From assembly GCA_973895155.1 (NCBI GenBank), contig OZ316896.1:6128166-6192165 (forward strand): a stretch of 64,000 nucleotides of DNA. The letters are read 5' to 3'. The stretch's first letter is position 1. The number at the start of each line of letters is the position of its first letter. A program made the position numbers and the translations under genes. The DNA is from Marsupella aquatica. Taxonomy: Eukaryota; Plantae; Marchantiophyta. Below, one piece after another: positions 61,837-64,000 of the stretch. A model generated the notes under the pieces. That model was not told the DNA's origin, searched no databases, and saw only the letters and a list, made by a program, of their open reading frames with translations.

Positions 61837-63518
61837 ATGGCATCAGCTGGTAGTCTCGCTGCAGCTTGCGGTGCTAATTTACATACAATTCCCATCGACA
61901 AACTTTTGATGGAACATAGCATTCGGCAGGCAATGAATAAACCACCGCCAAGGAGACGAAGGGCTCCGAATGACAGAGGGCAAAATGTAGACTCCAAGAT
62001 CTCACTTTGGAGCCCAGAAAAGCGATCAAGGATAGCCACAGCTGAGAACAGTGAAACTTGCGGTAAGCTCGACAGTGCCATAACCCTGAAACATCTTCAC
62101 CCGCTTTGGGCATCAAATTGTAATCCACCTTCTGCAGTAGCAAGTTGTGGATTTGAGAAACTTTGTAACGGCATCCGAATAACGAGGTTGTAGTTCTATC
62201 GCTGAACGAAAATGTGAAGACGTAACCGGGTGGATATATCAATCGATCCCATTAAGGTCTTGGGCTTTCCAACAAGGTCCTGGGGCTTAGGTACCAGCCT
62301 GCTCACCTGTTGCCCAAGGAAGTGGACTATGAAATTGTTCCTTTATCTAATGCAGAGCGCGTACGTGTCACTGTTAGAGTAAGGCCGCCAACGAAATTCG
62401 AAGAGCAGAAAGACGAGGATGGTGCTCCCTTCATCTTTTTGGACACGGAGAAGAACACTCTTATTTTGCGACGCAAGTATGTGTCCTTCTCCTATCTCAA
62501 AGCTTAGCGCAAGAGCCCAGTAACCAATTAATGAACGTGGTCTAGCAGCGAAAGCCTACTGATTGCGATTTCGGCATCCCCCGAGACTGCTAGAGCTTTT
62601 AGATCATGGATCTCCTCCGCTAACTTTGCGCCCTTCTCTCCTGTCTCATCCAAAAATGATGGAAATTCATGCCCAAATTCGCAGTGGAAGCTTTGTGGAC
62701 TTCACCGAGTTCCAATTCGATGCTGTTCTTCCGTCTAGTGCCCAGCAAGTGGATGTGTACAACTCTGCAGCGAGACATGTTGTTCTGGTACGATTCGTCC
62801 AATGACGACTCCTAAAGATGTTTGTTGCTGTCAATTCGATATTTTCTATTGCTTCGCATCATTATAAATATAAATTTGATGGAGTCTTTGCAGCTGTCGA
62901 CAAACTTTGTGGGCTGTAGTTGTTCCGCTCAATCGTCTAAATTTACGCTTCATTATATACTAGCCTGAATAGCTCTAAGATATGTTTATCCAAGAAGTTG
63001 AGCAGGGGAGAGGACCAATGTAACACTGCTTGTTTCTTACTAACTGTTTGTCTCTGAGCTTACATAGCAACCACTGGACCTCAAATTTCTTGGTTGCTAC
63101 CCTTCCCAGCTTCCAAGATACCTTGTAATGAAGTTGTTGAATGGTGTGGCAGGATGTTTTGCAAGGGTACAACGGGACAATCATGGCATATGGCCAGACC
63201 GGTGCTGGAAAGACTTATACGCTTTCTGACAAGCTGTGTACTGGAGGGACTTCTGTCGAAGGTATCTGTGTGCGGTTCGTGTAGGCCATTGCGCTAGTGT
63301 GCTCTGGCCTAAGTCAAATACCCATGTCTCGCTTCGGCTAGTTCCTACCCGTTTTATGTTATGACTGCGGGTACAGAGACCAACACTACAATCCGCTTTA
63401 TTTCCACGTTGCAGGCATTATCCCAAGGTCAGCAGCTGAAATCTTTGCAGCAGCAGAGCGCGATACCTCACACGAGTATCGTGTGTCGATGTCGTACACC
63501 CAAATCTACATGGAACAG
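61837..63518 (+). CDS. Kinesin motor protein, ARK (armadillo-repeat kinesin)-like; 5' part only
   Basis: [17 protein letters not shown]...[25 protein letters not shown] (P-loop), [17 protein letters not shown]. Exons ~61837-62186 (start uncertain), 62291-62476, 62685-62787, 63153-63261, 63415-63518; the gene continues beyond the window. Confidence 0.88.
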
Positions 63519-63656
63519 GTCTTCCGTCGATTCAAATATCTCTCAGTATAGTGATATATCAAGTCCCTCCCCGTGACTGTCGACATATATTCCTTAACTT
63601 ATCTGAATTATTCTGAAAGTGGTTTTGAATGTTTCTGATAGTGGTTTTGCCAGAGA

Positions 63657-64000
63657 AGAAACCAGATCTACTTTAAATTTATCTTTACAAAACTTTCAGA
63701 CGTCTGTTTTGGAGGTTTTTCTTTTCAATAGGAGCCTTTAACGCCCATCACACACTCTGAGTTGCTACCAGGCCAAAGCCTCGGTATCCCTTTACGATCC
63801 CTATCTGTACCTAACGTCCACTCGGTCTCTAGCAGAAACCAGATCTACTTTAAATTTATCTTTACAAAACTTTCAGACGTCTGTTTTGGAGGTTTTCTTT
63901 TCAATAGGAGCCTTTAACGCCCATCACACACTCTGAGTTGCTACCAGGCCAAAGCCTCGGTATCCCTTTACGATCCCTATCTGTACCTAACGTCCACTCG
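63657..64000 (+). repeat. Near-perfect 177-bp tandem duplication in the kinesin intron
   Basis: Unit starts AGAAACCAGATCTACTTTAAATTTATC at 63657 and 63834; the copies differ only by a T-run length; the array may extend past the edge. Confidence 0.95.

Noticed and set aside
1-64000. tRNA, rRNA or organellar insertions
   Set aside because: No cloverleaf, rRNA or plastid/mitochondrial gene signatures were recognised by eye; tRNAscan-SE/Infernal were not run.

Overview
Eukaryotic nuclear DNA from a land plant; gene and TE content suggest a non-seed plant, probably a bryophyte such as a liverwort (inference). There are four intron-containing host genes: zeaxanthin epoxidase (minus strand, runs off the left edge), a DIVARICATA-like SHAQKYF R-R MYB (minus), Rab escort protein (plus, complete) and an ARK-like kinesin (plus, runs off the right edge). 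About 40 kb of transposon-rich DNA lies between them: a CRE-clade RLE LINE with TSD, decayed L1-type LINEs, two Copia remnants, Mutator-like TIR elements and TA-TSD elements. Most striking are (i) a 5.3-kb PIF/Harbinger-superfamily element with AAT TSD whose two core genes look fungal-type and which carries a third, intact gene for an RPA1-C-like OB-fold/Zn protein; (ii) a Copia whose 5' end is an inverted R-U5 (strong-stop-like) segment; and (iii) a dispersed repeat occurring in circularly permuted order around a ...TTAC + hairpin junction. All calls were made by eye from motifs and splice signals; no database searches were run.
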